A DNA stretch of 64,000 nt from Blastocladiella emersonii ATCC 22665 (lineage: Eukaryota > Fungi > Blastocladiomycota): positions 930,001 to 994,000 of the forward strand of contig JANHCV010000003.1 in NCBI GenBank assembly GCA_025594325.1, read 5' to 3'. This document shows positions 46,491-59,796 of the stretch, in pieces. A model generated the notes under the pieces. It was not told where the DNA came from. It saw only the letters and a program-made list of their open reading frames with translations, and did not search any database. A program made the translations under genes and the position numbers. Positions within the stretch are counted from its first letter, which is position 1. Each line of letters begins with the position of its first letter.

Positions 46491-47002
46491 CCGCCGCCAC
46501 GACGCACTACTTGGGATGCACCCAAGGTCGCTGCCCCACTCACCCCCAAGCGCGGCGAAACCACCCACAACCCAGCTCCATCCAGCCTGCTCCCTCGAGG
46601 TTGACACCGACCCTAGTCGACCAGCAGAGAGAGTCCCATACTCGCAGCGGTGACGCACCAGCGGTCCGGCTACTCGCTTGGCGAGGTCACTGCGCGGGAC
46701 GGGTGATGCGGCACATGCGTCGAGGACTCTTCGCGGCGCGATCCAGGAGACGATGTCGAGTCGGAGAGACAGCGGACAAGGGAGCGATTGGGTAAGCGAC
46801 CAGATTTGGACGATGGATGCGCGCAAGAGGTGAGGGGGCAGCAGCCGACTGCGAGAGCGGCACACCTCGGATGTACCCGTTTTGCACGCCGCAGGTAGGC
46901 TGATACAATGGGTTGGCTTCCCGGACGGGATGCGAGGGAAACACAAAGGAGATGGAGGAGGAAGGGGTGGATTGCGATGCAGGAGCTGTACGGGGGCGGC
47001 GA

Positions 47003-49939
47003 TCAGCACGCGCGAGTGAAGTGCGAGAGTGGGTCGACGTGTACCAGACCGGCAATGTTGGACGAGAGGAGCAGCGTGTCGATGTTGTAGATGGCCATGG
47101 TCGAGACGCGGAGCGAGCGCGGGGTGAATGTTCTTGGGTGTAGTAGCAGCGAGAAGGCGACGCTGGTCTGTGTGTTTGAGAGGTGAACAAACAAGAGTCA
47201 GCGAGTAGCACTCGGGATGCGGGTTGGGGATGGGTCGTACCGAGTCCCAAAGTAGTCGACGAGTTGAGGTACCCGACGGCCCACCTCGAGCGCGGGTACT
47301 TGAGCCGCACGAGCACACGCGGCACCGTTGAGGACCTGATCGGCCGCGGCGCTGGTGGTGGTTGATCTCTCGAGTCGGCAGCGTGTACCAGAGCCCGACG
47401 AGATGTCGAGGCTGTCGTAGCTACACGAAGCGGCGGCGTGAGCACGCGATTGGTCGACCGTAGCGCGAGCAGGGCGTACGAGCGCTGACAAACCCTTGAT
47501 GATCACTGTGGACCGCCGAGAGCATCGAGCTGCGACACGACCTCCTTGAGCAGCGTGTACGAGCGCTTGTTGAGGACTCGGTCGGCCGTCGTGACTGACG
47601 TCGCACGGCGACATGCCCGTGTTGGAGAGCCCGACGAGATGTTGAAGCCGAGTCGGCCACGGAATCGACGTGGACGAGAACAGCTTGCGCGCACGCGTGG
47701 TCACGATGACGATGTCGTGGCCCTGGTCGTGTGGCACCTACGCGAAACGGCAGTGTGAACACGCGATTGATCGACCGCAGCGACAGCAGAACGTACGAGT
47801 GCTGAGAAAACCCTCGATGATCACCATGGACCGCCAATAGAACCCGAGTCGCGGCTGCTGCCGCCGATCAGGCGCGCGAGAGCGTGAAGGCGACTCGACT
47901 CGGCCGCCGCGTTGATGTTGCAGCACCACGCCATGTTGATGGCCTGGCGTTGCCGAGCTCGGCCAGACTTGGGGTTGATGCGTCACGGCGACTACACGAT
48001 GCACGAGTCAGCTACGAGGTTTCGTTTGCAGGAGCACACGTTGCAAAGTACCGAGAATGTATGCCCAGCTGGCGCGAGAATGGTCGGCGACCATGTGCGC
48101 CGCGTCGGCGACGTGCGCCAGAGCCCGACGAGGTGTTGAAGCTGCCGAACCGCCGCTGAGTCAATCTGGACACCGACGAGGTCATGTCGCGCGCGCGAGG
48201 TGACGATCGTGATGTGGTTCCACCCGTTCTGTGATGGCTACACGAGGCAAACGGGTGAACACGCGATCGGCAACCACGCTCGGATCAGGACATACGAACG
48301 CTGGAGCGTTACCCCCTTGGTTACGTGAACCGCGCGAGTCTCGAGCTGTGGCTGCCGTCGATCAGGTGCACGGGAGCGCAACGTCGAGCTGGTCCTCGAT
48401 CCCGACTCGATGATGAGGAGAAACCGCCGCCGCCGCTTGATCAGTGCGGGCGCGGACGAGAAGAAGTTGCGCGCGCGCACTCGAGGCCTTGATGATGGTG
48501 TCGTGGTGGCGCGACGACTACACGAAGCAGCGATGTGAGCATGCGATCAGTCGACCGCGACGACGACGGAACGTACAAATGCCGAGAAAGTCCTTGACAA
48601 TCACCGCCGAGCGCCGAGCGCCGAAAGCGTTGAGCCGCGTCTACCGCCGATGAGGTTCAAGAGTGTGGTGGCGACCCAGCTGCTGCGTCGATGGCACGGC
48701 GCGACGTCGCCGTGCATGGTCGCGCGAGTGGATCGACCCACCACGGTGGCCACGAGGCCATGAAGATGAGGAGCTCGTCGGGCGCGAGTAGGTGAGACGC
48801 AGTTGCGCGTCAGGCGGCCGAGGACTCGGTCGGCCTTGGTGACGGTGATGGTGATGGATGGCGCCGCGTGGTGCACGCGCGGGCTGGAGCCCGACGAGAA
48901 GGAGAGGGAGAAGACGAGCAGCTGCGGGATCGACGCGGATCAGAACGTTGCGCACGCGCGTTCTTCTGGTCGTGCGGTGGCTACACAAGGCAAAGGAGGT
49001 GAGTGAACACGCGATTGGCAAGCTGCGCGGACATGGGGACGTACGATTGCTGAAGTCGAGCCCCTTGACCACTGTGAACTGCGCGAGCGCCGAGCCCTGG
49101 ACGCCGTGGATCGGAATGAGAAGACGCGATGGCGAACTCGACGATGCATAGACGGTACGGTGGGGCGCCGCCGAGCTTGGCCAGGCTCGCACGTCGACCT
49201 GTCGCGGCGGCCGCGAGAGCATGAAGAAGGCGAGGAGCTCCTTGCGCGCGCGGGCACTTGAGCTGCGTGTGGTGGAGCCCGACGAGAACTTGTCGCGTGC
49301 GGGAGGCGACAATCGTGACCATGGTCACGAACGGTCGCGCGGTGGCTACACAAAGCGAAAGGGTGAACACGCGATCGGTCAACTACGCCAAGATGAGAAC
49401 GTACGATGGCTGAAGTTGAGCTCCTTGACCACCGAAAACCACGCGATCGTCGAGCCCCGGACACCGTCGATCAGGGCACGAGAAGACGCAATGGCGCGTT
49501 CGGCGACGCGTCGACAGCACGGCGGGGCGGCGCCGACCTTGGCCGAGCTCGTAGGTCGCTTCGTTGCGGCGGCCACGGGCATGATGATGACGAGGAGCTC
49601 CTTGCGCGCGAGCGCTTGAGCAGCGAGTGCGCGGCCATGACCATGATGATGGCGAGGAGCGCCTCGATCGCGCGTGTACTTGAGCAGCGGGTGTACGTGT
49701 CGTAGGGGAACTTGGTCGGCCTTGGTGATGGTGGTAGTGGTTGGCGCCGCGCGTGTCGCCGCGCGTACTTGAACCCGACGAGATGGCGAGGCCGAGCCGT
49801 CACTGGATCGCCGACGCGGTAACAGCCGAGAGAATACGTCGCGCGCGTGAGGTCGTGATGGCGCCGTGGTAGTGCTGCGGCTACACGAGGCAGAAGAGTG
49901 AGTATGGGAACGGCCAGCTGCCCAGAGATCAGGTCGTAC
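47003..49939 (-). pseudogene. Decayed multi-exon gene built from tandemly duplicated exon+intron units, copy 1
   Basis: Mirror of 53910..56846. Confidence 0.5.
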
Positions 49940-52900
49940 GAAGGCCGAACCCGAACTACTTGGGCGCCGCGAACTGCACGAGCGTCGAGCCGTGGACGCC
50001 GTCGATCAGGCGCGCGAGAGCGTGGCGTCGCCGAGCTAGTAGCCGAGCATGGCCGGGCGAGTAGGTCGATCCGTCACGGCGGTCACAAGCATGACGTGGT
50101 CGAGAGGAGAGCGAGCAGGAGGAGAGGAACGAGATGCGAAAGCTCGAGCTCTACACAAGAATTACGGGCGGGATGGCACGAGGATAACAAACGGGAGTCA
50201 GCAACACGATCATATTGTTGTTGCTGGTACGGGGAGGCGTTGCGACCGGGCCGTTCGAGGAAGGGCATGATGAGGATGAGGCAAGTCGTGGTCGCGGCCA
50301 CCGACGCTCATGACAGCCGAGGGAAAGGAACGAGAGAGATGAGAGCGAGCCTCAACCAATGCGTCTCGCCGCCGCCGACGCTCAGGATGAGAGGAGGTGA
50401 AGGGATGAGAGCCCGCCGCCGCGGACGCTCAGGATGAGAGGAGGTGATGGTGAAGGGACGGGAGCGTCGACCACCGACTCGTCTCGCCGCCGCTGACGCT
50501 CAGGGTCGGGAAAGCGAGGAAGGAGGAGATTCGTCGTCGAGATAAGCTTGAAAGTCCCCCGTACCGTTCATCTTCATGCGCGCGCACACACACGGGCAGC
50601 GAGCGAGGCGAGGTGATGGTTGATACATGGTGTTGTGCGGGAGGATGCCCGACCCGGATCGGATCGCGGGCGCTGGTCATGGTCGATGCGTGCGTGCCGT
50701 CGAGTACTTGCGGTTGCAAGGAGTATGAAGGGCGCGAGCGCGAACGTTGGAGGGGGAGGGTAGGCCGTGGGAGTGCGAGCGTGCGGCGGTAGCGGTGGTG
50801 CACGGGCGGGACGGCAAGACGCGCATCGCGACGCGTCTGGATCAGAGTGGTAGGCCAGTGCGTGAAACTACATTTCCGCGCGGATCATAACGTAGCAACG
50901 CCGGGAACGAGTCGCGGCGCGAGACCCGCCGTGCCCGCGCGCGAAATTGTCTCGCGCTGTGTCTCGCGGCTCATCAAGGGTGGCGAAAACGTCCACGTGC
51001 GCTCGCTCGCTCGCTCGCGGAGACCATCGTCGATTGCCGCGGGAAGTGGAGCGCGGTGGCGGGGGACGCGTCTCGAAAATGGAGACAGCCGGGACGCGTC
51101 GCGCCCGATGCGAGACGTCACGCGAGCCGCGCGTGCCGCGCTTCTCGAGACATCTCGTGATCGGTCGGGGACCACCCGGAGACACCACGTGTGCAGCACG
51201 CCGCGAGTTTCGCGAGCCGTCACACAAGCAATCTTATCGACGCGGGAGCGCGAACACCGGACTGACGTATTTGCCGTGGCCTTCTATCAGGCTCTCCTTC
51301 CCTGGCTCTCCATCGATTGGAGCGGTCAACAAACCTGAAAGTCCGTTGGCGCGCTCTGACTGCCTTGAAGCCGCTGAAGCTGGCCACGACGCAGCGCGTT
51401 CAACCGCAGCGGATCCTCCTCGTGCTACTCCCTTCCTGGCACCGTATCAGCGTCACCGATGCACTGGGCCCGTGCTTGCGTCGAGGACACGGACGCGCGG
51501 AAGATCGCGGGCTTCTGACGCGGTACAAAGGGTGTACTTGTTGTGGTTGAGACCCGACCAGTGTGGGCCCTGCCGGGGAGGCGACTGCCGCCGAACGCTG
51601 GTGTGGACAGCTGCATGGCGTGGAAGAAGATCGAGCGGGCTCGGCACACCTCCCCGAAAAGGAGACTCAGAGCGGATCCGGGCGACATCGACGAGAAGCG
51701 GCGAGATTGGGGAGAAGCCGAGCGGGTTGCCCTAATGTATTTCGTTCGAGTTCCATGAGCCGTCACGGCGCGAGTTCTGTTGCATGGAGTCCAGTGTGAG
51801 GAGTGCGGATCGGGGGTCGAGGGTGCGGAGGAAGATGGCGCACCAGCAGGGATCGTCGGGCGGAGCGCAGACCACCTCGAGCAGGCGTGGGTGTCGATCA
51901 CGTTGCACCTGCAGGGGCTGCGACGCGACGCGTTTGACGCTCTCGCGCTCTACACAAGATCACCGGTATTGGACGGCGGGAGTGTTGAGCCCGGAGGCAC
52001 ATGAAGCAAAATGCTGACCGGACCTTCAGCGGTGCCGTGGCCGAGGGGGTAGTACGGACCGGTGTACTCGCGACTCGGCCACGGAGCCGTACAAGCCCAA
52101 TAGCGAAGCGGGACTCGTTAAGGTGGTGTCTCGCCCCACTCCCGTCCAGCTCCAGGAAGGATCTAAACGATGCTAAGGTCACGCATGATGAAGTCGATGC
52201 GGGTGGGACGCGAGAGGCTCGCGGATGGGTCGGCGATGGTTACGATGTTCGCAAAGCGACGGCCCGTCTGGATGTGGCCGACTGAAGCCGGGTGGCGCAT
52301 CTCCAGCAGGGCGATCCTCATACACATGATATGAGTTGGTCCGCCGTGTCACTGTACATGGGCGAGATCATGGCGGCTGCCGCAGGAACAGACCGATACA
52401 GAGGGAGTAGGAGCAGGGATATCGTTGCAGCTAGTTGCCGGGGCTTCTATGCATAGGATTCATGGTCTCTACAATTAACGATTTGGACGTGGGTACGTGG
52501 GAGAGCAGCGATCGACGAGGCGATCACGAAGACGAAAGCACTCAGCAACGGGTCACGTGGTGTGAGCGACACGTTCGTTCTCGACAATCCGAGCCGGCTT
52601 TCAGGATGTCTTTTGACACTGGGCAGTCACCCGTCATGACTCTCATCATGATTCTCGATTTATTCTTAAGAAACTGCACACATTGATCCCGGACGAACCC
52701 CCGCGAAGCGCGGCACGCGCGGCTCGCGTGACGTCTCGCATCGGGCGCGACGCGTCCCGGCTGTCTCCATTTTCGAGACGCGTCCCCCGCCACCGCGCTC
52801 CACTTCCCGCGGCAATCGACGATGGTCTCCGCGAGCGAGCGAGCGAGCGCACGTGGACGTTTTCGCCACCCTTGATGAGCCGCGAGACACAGCGCGAGAC

Positions 52901-53909
52901 AATTTCGCGCGCGGGCACGGCGGGTCTCGCGCCGCGACTCGTTCCCGGCGTTGCTACGTTATGATCCGCGCGGAAATGTAGTTTCACGCACTGGCCTACC
53001 ACTCTGATCCAGACGCGTCGCGATGCGCGTCTTGCCGTCCCGCCCGTGCACCACCGCTACCGCCGCACGCTCGCACTCCCACGGCCTACCCTCCCCCTCC
53101 AACGTTCGCGCTCGCGCCCTTCATACTCCTTGCAACCGCAAGTACTCGACGGCACGCACGCATCGACCATGACCAGCGCCCGCGATCCGATCCGGGTCGG
53201 GCATCCTCCCGCACAACACCATGTATCAACCATCACCTCGCCTCGCTCGCTGCCCGTGTGTGTGCGCGCGCATGAAGATGAACGGTACGGGGGACTTTCA
53301 AGCTTATCTCGACGACGAATCTCCTCCTTCCTCGCTTTCCCGACCCTGAGCGTCAGCGGCGGCGAGACGAGTCGGTGGTCGACGCTCCCGTCCCTTCACC
53401 ATCACCTCCTCTCATCCTGAGCGTCCGCGGCGGCGGGCTCTCATCCCTTCACCTCCTCTCATCCTGAGCGTCGGCGGCGGCGAGACGCATTGGTTGAGGC
53501 TCGCTCTCATCTCTCTCGTTCCTTTCCCTCGGCTGTCATGAGCGTCGGTGGCCGCGACCACGACTTGCCTCATCCTCATCATGCCCTTCCTCGAACGGCC
53601 CGGTCGCAACGCCTCCCCGTACCAGCAACAACAATATGATCGTGTTGCTGACTCCCGTTTGTTATCCTCGTGCCATCCCGCCCGTAATTCTTGTGTAGAG
53701 CTCGAGCTTTCGCATCTCGTTCCTCTCCTCCTGCTCGCTCTCCTCTCGACCACGTCATGCTTGTGACCGCCGTGACGGATCGACCTACTCGCCCGGCCAT
53801 GCTCGGCTACTAGCTCGGCGACGCCACGCTCTCGCGCGCCTGATCGACGGCGTCCACGGCTCGACGCTCGTGCAGTTCGCGGCGCCCAAGTAGTTCGGGT
53901 TCGGCCTTC

Positions 53910-56846
53910 GTACGACCTGATCTCTGGGCAGCTGGCCGTTCCCATACTCACTCTTCTGCCTCGTGTAGCCGCAGCACTACCACGGCGCCATCACGACCTC
54001 ACGCGCGCGACGTATTCTCTCGGCTGTTACCGCGTCGGCGATCCAGTGACGGCTCGGCCTCGCCATCTCGTCGGGTTCAAGTACGCGCGGCGACACGCGC
54101 GGCGCCAACCACTACCACCATCACCAAGGCCGACCAAGTTCCCCTACGACACGTACACCCGCTGCTCAAGTACACGCGCGATCGAGGCGCTCCTCGCCAT
54201 CATCATGGTCATGGCCGCGCACTCGCTGCTCAAGCGCTCGCGCGCAAGGAGCTCCTCGTCATCATCATGCCCGTGGCCGCCGCAACGAAGCGACCTACGA
54301 GCTCGGCCAAGGTCGGCGCCGCCCCGCCGTGCTGTCGACGCGTCGCCGAACGCGCCATTGCGTCTTCTCGTGCCCTGATCGACGGTGTCCGGGGCTCGAC
54401 GATCGCGTGGTTTTCGGTGGTCAAGGAGCTCAACTTCAGCCATCGTACGTTCTCATCTTGGCGTAGTTGACCGATCGCGTGTTCACCCTTTCGCTTTGTG
54501 TAGCCACCGCGCGACCGTTCGTGACCATGGTCACGATTGTCGCCTCCCGCACGCGACAAGTTCTCGTCGGGCTCCACCACACGCAGCTCAAGTGCCCGCG
54601 CGCGCAAGGAGCTCCTCGCCTTCTTCATGCTCTCGCGGCCGCCGCGACAGGTCGACGTGCGAGCCTGGCCAAGCTCGGCGGCGCCCCACCGTACCGTCTA
54701 TGCATCGTCGAGTTCGCCATCGCGTCTTCTCATTCCGATCCACGGCGTCCAGGGCTCGGCGCTCGCGCAGTTCACAGTGGTCAAGGGGCTCGACTTCAGC
54801 AATCGTACGTCCCCATGTCCGCGCAGCTTGCCAATCGCGTGTTCACTCACCTCCTTTGCCTTGTGTAGCCACCGCACGACCAGAAGAACGCGCGTGCGCA
54901 ACGTTCTGATCCGCGTCGATCCCGCAGCTGCTCGTCTTCTCCCTCTCCTTCTCGTCGGGCTCCAGCCCGCGCGTGCACCACGCGGCGCCATCCATCACCA
55001 TCACCGTCACCAAGGCCGACCGAGTCCTCGGCCGCCTGACGCGCAACTGCGTCTCACCTACTCGCGCCCGACGAGCTCCTCATCTTCATGGCCTCGTGGC
55101 CACCGTGGTGGGTCGATCCACTCGCGCGACCATGCACGGCGACGTCGCGCCGTGCCATCGACGCAGCAGCTGGGTCGCCACCACACTCTTGAACCTCATC
55201 GGCGGTAGACGCGGCTCAACGCTTTCGGCGCTCGGCGCTCGGCGGTGATTGTCAAGGACTTTCTCGGCATTTGTACGTTCCGTCGTCGTCGCGGTCGACT
55301 GATCGCATGCTCACATCGCTGCTTCGTGTAGTCGTCGCGCCACCACGACACCATCATCAAGGCCTCGAGTGCGCGCGCGCAACTTCTTCTCGTCCGCGCC
55401 CGCACTGATCAAGCGGCGGCGGCGGTTTCTCCTCATCATCGAGTCGGGATCGAGGACCAGCTCGACGTTGCGCTCCCGTGCACCTGATCGACGGCAGCCA
55501 CAGCTCGAGACTCGCGCGGTTCACGTAACCAAGGGGGTAACGCTCCAGCGTTCGTATGTCCTGATCCGAGCGTGGTTGCCGATCGCGTGTTCACCCGTTT
55601 GCCTCGTGTAGCCATCACAGAACGGGTGGAACCACATCACGATCGTCACCTCGCGCGCGCGACATGACCTCGTCGGTGTCCAGATTGACTCAGCGGCGGT
55701 TCGGCAGCTTCAACACCTCGTCGGGCTCTGGCGCACGTCGCCGACGCGGCGCACATGGTCGCCGACCATTCTCGCGCCAGCTGGGCATACATTCTCGGTA
55801 CTTTGCAACGTGTGCTCCTGCAAACGAAACCTCGTAGCTGACTCGTGCATCGTGTAGTCGCCGTGACGCATCAACCCCAAGTCTGGCCGAGCTCGGCAAC
55901 GCCAGGCCATCAACATGGCGTGGTGCTGCAACATCAACGCGGCGGCCGAGTCGAGTCGCCTTCACGCTCTCGCGCGCCTGATCGGCGGCAGCAGCCGCGA
56001 CTCGGGTTCTATTGGCGGTCCATGGTGATCATCGAGGGTTTTCTCAGCACTCGTACGTTCTGCTGTCGCTGCGGTCGATCAATCGCGTGTTCACACTGCC
56101 GTTTCGCGTAGGTGCCACACGACCAGGGCCACGACATCGTCATCGTGACCACGCGTGCGCGCAAGCTGTTCTCGTCCACGTCGATTCCGTGGCCGACTCG
56201 GCTTCAACATCTCGTCGGGCTCTCCAACACGGGCATGTCGCCGTGCGACGTCAGTCACGACGGCCGACCGAGTCCTCAACAAGCGCTCGTACACGCTGCT
56301 CAAGGAGGTCGTGTCGCAGCTCGATGCTCTCGGCGGTCCACAGTGATCATCAAGGGTTTGTCAGCGCTCGTACGCCCTGCTCGCGCTACGGTCGACCAAT
56401 CGCGTGCTCACGCCGCCGCTTCGTGTAGCTACGACAGCCTCGACATCTCGTCGGGCTCTGGTACACGCTGCCGACTCGAGAGATCAACCACCACCAGCGC
56501 CGCGGCCGATCAGGTCCTCAACGGTGCCGCGTGTGCTCGTGCGGCTCAAGTACCCGCGCTCGAGGTGGGCCGTCGGGTACCTCAACTCGTCGACTACTTT
56601 GGGACTCGGTACGACCCATCCCCAACCCGCATCCCGAGTGCTACTCGCTGACTCTTGTTTGTTCACCTCTCAAACACACAGACCAGCGTCGCCTTCTCGC
56701 TGCTACTACACCCAAGAACATTCACCCCGCGCTCGCTCCGCGTCTCGACCATGGCCATCTACAACATCGACACGCTGCTCCTCTCGTCCAACATTGCCGG
56801 TCTGGTACACGTCGACCCACTCTCGCACTTCACTCGCGCGTGCTGA
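53910..56846 (+). pseudogene. Decayed multi-exon gene built from tandemly duplicated exon+intron units, copy 2
   Basis: Seven similar 58-64-nt GT-AG introns, each preceded by similar sequence; no continuous reading frame across the exons. Confidence 0.5.
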
Positions 56847-58107
56847 TCGCCGCCCCCGTACAGCTCCTGCATCGCAATCCACCCCTTCCTCCTCCATCTC
56901 CTTTGTGTTTCCCTCGCATCCCGTCCGGGAAGCCAACCCATTGTATCAGCCTACCTGCGGCGTGCAAAACGGGTACATCCGAGGTGTGCCGCTCTCGCAG
57001 TCGGCTGCTGCCCCCTCACCTCTTGCGCGCATCCATCGTCCAAATCTGGTCGCTTACCCAATCGCTCCCTTGTCCGCTGTCTCTCCGACTCGACATCGTC
57101 TCCTGGATCGCGCCGCGAAGAGTCCTCGACGCATGTGCCGCATCACCCGTCCCGCGCAGTGACCTCGCCAAGCGAGTAGCCGGACCGCTGGTGCGTCACC
57201 GCTGCGAGTATGGGACTCTCTCTGCTGGTCGACTAGGGTCGGTGTCAACCTCGAGGGAGCAGGCTGGATGGAGCTGGGTTGTGGGTGGTTTCGCCGCGCT
57301 TGGGGGTGAGTGGGGCAGCGACCTTGGGTGCATCCCAAGTAGTGCGTCGTGGCGGCGGTGTCGCAGTTCCCATTAATCGGGACCCGTTCCTCGTTCTGAC
57401 CTCATCCACCTCAACTTGACCCTCTCGCGGCGCAGCGTGGGACGCGCGCGACAGTCGGCGAGCCGGTCCTTGGCCGTCCCGAGCGAGGCGACGGCGGGGG
57501 CGGGCTCAAGCGGGCGCGACGACGCGTGCTACCGAGCCGCACCGTCAGTTGGCCGCGATCTGTGCGATTAAACTACATCTCGTTTGTTGTCTCTATCACT
57601 CCTGTCTCGTGCCTCGACCGTGCAAGAACACGGAGAAGTGGAGACGCGTCGAACAAACACGTGAGCGGAGCGAGACAGCGCTGATCGCTTGGTCTCGCCT
57701 TCGCGAACGCCGCCACCGCTCCCTTGCGCCCTTGCTCGCCCACTACAATGAAGCGATGCACTCCATGCAATGGAATCGAATGGATCATCGCCGTGGACTG
57801 CGCCACTGTCCTGAGGGCAACGCCGACCGAGTTGAAACGGCGTTGGCCGGCTCACCCTCGGCTGTTCGCGGCGGGTCGAGGCTACGGGAACTTGTGAACT
57901 TGGGCGAGCAGTGAGCCGCTGCGCATCCGCAGCGAGCCCACACGAGAGAGGTGAAGCTGCCGACCGCGAACCGCTGCGCGCCTTGCGGTGAGCGGTCGAG
58001 GTCTGCGGGGCGCCGCTGCTGCTGAAACGCGACGGCCGCGGCGACCATTTTTAGCCACGCGTCACCACTTCTACTTGCTCTTGAGTCGCAGTCGTCGGTG
58101 AGCGAGA

Positions 58108-58115
58108 GAGTATAA
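58108..58115 (+). promoter_or_regulatory. TATA-like element (GTATAAGA) ~105 bp upstream of the Q/S/G-repeat gene (mirrored in the left arm)
   Basis: Rare TATAA run in very GC-rich DNA; a similar GTATAAGA lies ~170 bp upstream of the VWD gene. Confidence 0.4.
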
Positions 58116-58215
58116 GACCATGGCGCGCCCCGGCCTCTCTTCCAGCTGATCAGCACACTCGGCAATCCCAACCTCCACCACCACACCGCCTCCCACTCCC
58201 TCAACCACCGCCAAG

Positions 58216-59019
58216 ATGACCTTCTGCGCTCCCATCCACGTCCCCGCCGTCCAGACCCAGTCGCAGTCGCAGTCGCAGATGCAGTTTGGCGGCCACGGCG
58301 CTCAGTCGCAGTCCCAGTCGCAGACCCAGTTCGGCGGTAACGGCGCCCAGCAGCAGTCGCAGTCGCAGACCCAGTTTGGCGGTGACGCCGTGCAGTCGCA
58401 GTCCCAGTCGCAGTCGCAGTTCCAGGGCCACCACTCGGTCGACCAGGCCCAGTTCCAGTCGCAGACGCAGACCCAGTTCGGCCACGGCTCGGGTGCCCAG
58501 CAGCAGTCGCAGTCGCAGTCGCAGACTCAGTGGGGCGGCGACGCTGCTCAGTCGCAGTCCCAGTCGCAGTTCCAGGGCAACTGGGGCCACCACGGCGACG
58601 CCGCGCAGCAGCAGTCGCAGTCCCAGTTCCAGGGCAACTGGGGTAACCACCACTCGGTCGACCAGGCCCAGTCGCAGTCGCAGACCCAGTTTGGCGGCAA
58701 CGGCGCCCAGCAGCAGTCCCAGTCGCAGACCCAGTGGGGCAACGGCCACGGCGACGCCGCGCAGCACCAGTCGCAGTCGCAGTCGCAGGGCCAGTGGTCC
58801 AACGGCCACGGCGACGCGTTCCAGTCGCAGTCGCAGACCCAGTTCCAGGGCCACCACTCGGCCGACGGCTTTGTCGGCGGCAACCCGGCCACCTGGGGCC
58901 CCTCGGGCGACTGCAGCACCGGCAGTGGCAGCAGCGACTTCCACATCATGCCCATCAACAACAACACCAGCAACGACTGCGACGTGACGATCCTGCCCAT
59001 CAACCACGGCTGCTGCTAA
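58216..59019 (+). CDS. Q/S/G-rich pseudo-repeat protein (267 aa) ending in CC, copy 2
   Basis: Translation identical to 44830..45633. Confidence 0.8.
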   Translation: MTFCAPIHVPAVQTQSQSQSQMQFGGHGAQSQSQSQTQFGGNGAQQQSQSQTQFGGDAVQSQSQSQSQFQGHHSVDQAQFQSQTQTQFGHGSGAQQQSQSQSQTQWGGDAAQSQSQSQFQGNWGHHGDAAQQQSQSQFQGNWGNHHSVDQAQSQSQTQFGGNGAQQQSQSQTQWGNGHGDAAQHQSQSQSQGQWSNGHGDAFQSQSQTQFQGHHSADGFVGGNPATWGPSGDCSTGSGSSDFHIMPINNNTSNDCDVTILPINHGCC

Positions 59020-59796
59020 GCTAGGGGTGCCGTGCCGCCCATGTCGCACTCGCACTCGCTCGTTCGCTCGCCTGCGCTACAACTAGATGTCGCCGCGTTT
59101 TTGTATAAACTTGTCTATAGTCTACCTAAACTCCACCGTTGCTCTCTTGATCTACAATTCTGCTACCTCTCGCTTGAGAACTCCTCTCCCATGATTGAAC
59201 GGCGAGCTAGTTTGAAGTCGTATGCGCACTGTGTCTGCTGCCCCCGCACCCAGCGGCAGCTCCCCGGTTCCGGCAACTCTAGCAGTTGCGCTAGATGAAT
59301 AGAGCAGACTCCATGGACGATAGTTTGTTCGAACTTTCAGGCCCACTTGGTCTATGTTCGCGTCGCGATCATGGGCGGCGCCCGTGGCCGCGAGTGGCTC
59401 TTCAACATGACTGCGCCGCCCTCGAGCTGCCATGCCTCGTTGGTGTCCCCGTGTCCCGATGCGCAGCTGGACCCGCGCGTGCTATCGCAAGAGCCCGGCT
59501 CGCGGCAAGGACTTGAAACGCGACGCGTTCGCGCCAGCCCGCGATGGTGGCTTTGCTGACCGCTGCTGCGCCACCCAGCACGGATCACATGAGCTCCTCC
59601 AGGAAGTGCATGTATTCATCTTTGAATCCTCGACCAATGAGCGCGTCGATGCGCGAAAAGTCGGGAGGTCGCATGCAGAGGCGGATCGTCCCATAAAACG
59701 CGGCCAGCCGACCCCCTCCAGCTCTCGCTCTTCACTTTCCAACAGGACTTTCCGAGGAGGTATTGTTTCCCCCACAAGACCACCTTGTCGCACACC

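Larger units (their letters stand above)
42133..51144. repeat. Left arm (9,012 bp) of a giant inverted repeat
   Basis: Every ORF here has a mirror at coordinate 103849 minus x (e.g. 43006..44064 minus and 59785..60843 plus); breakpoints located by eye. Confidence 0.97.

Noticed and set aside
46500-57350. LTR retrotransposon at the centre of the palindrome
   Set aside because: No gag, protease, RT, RNase H or integrase motif found; the arms are inverted, not direct, repeats.
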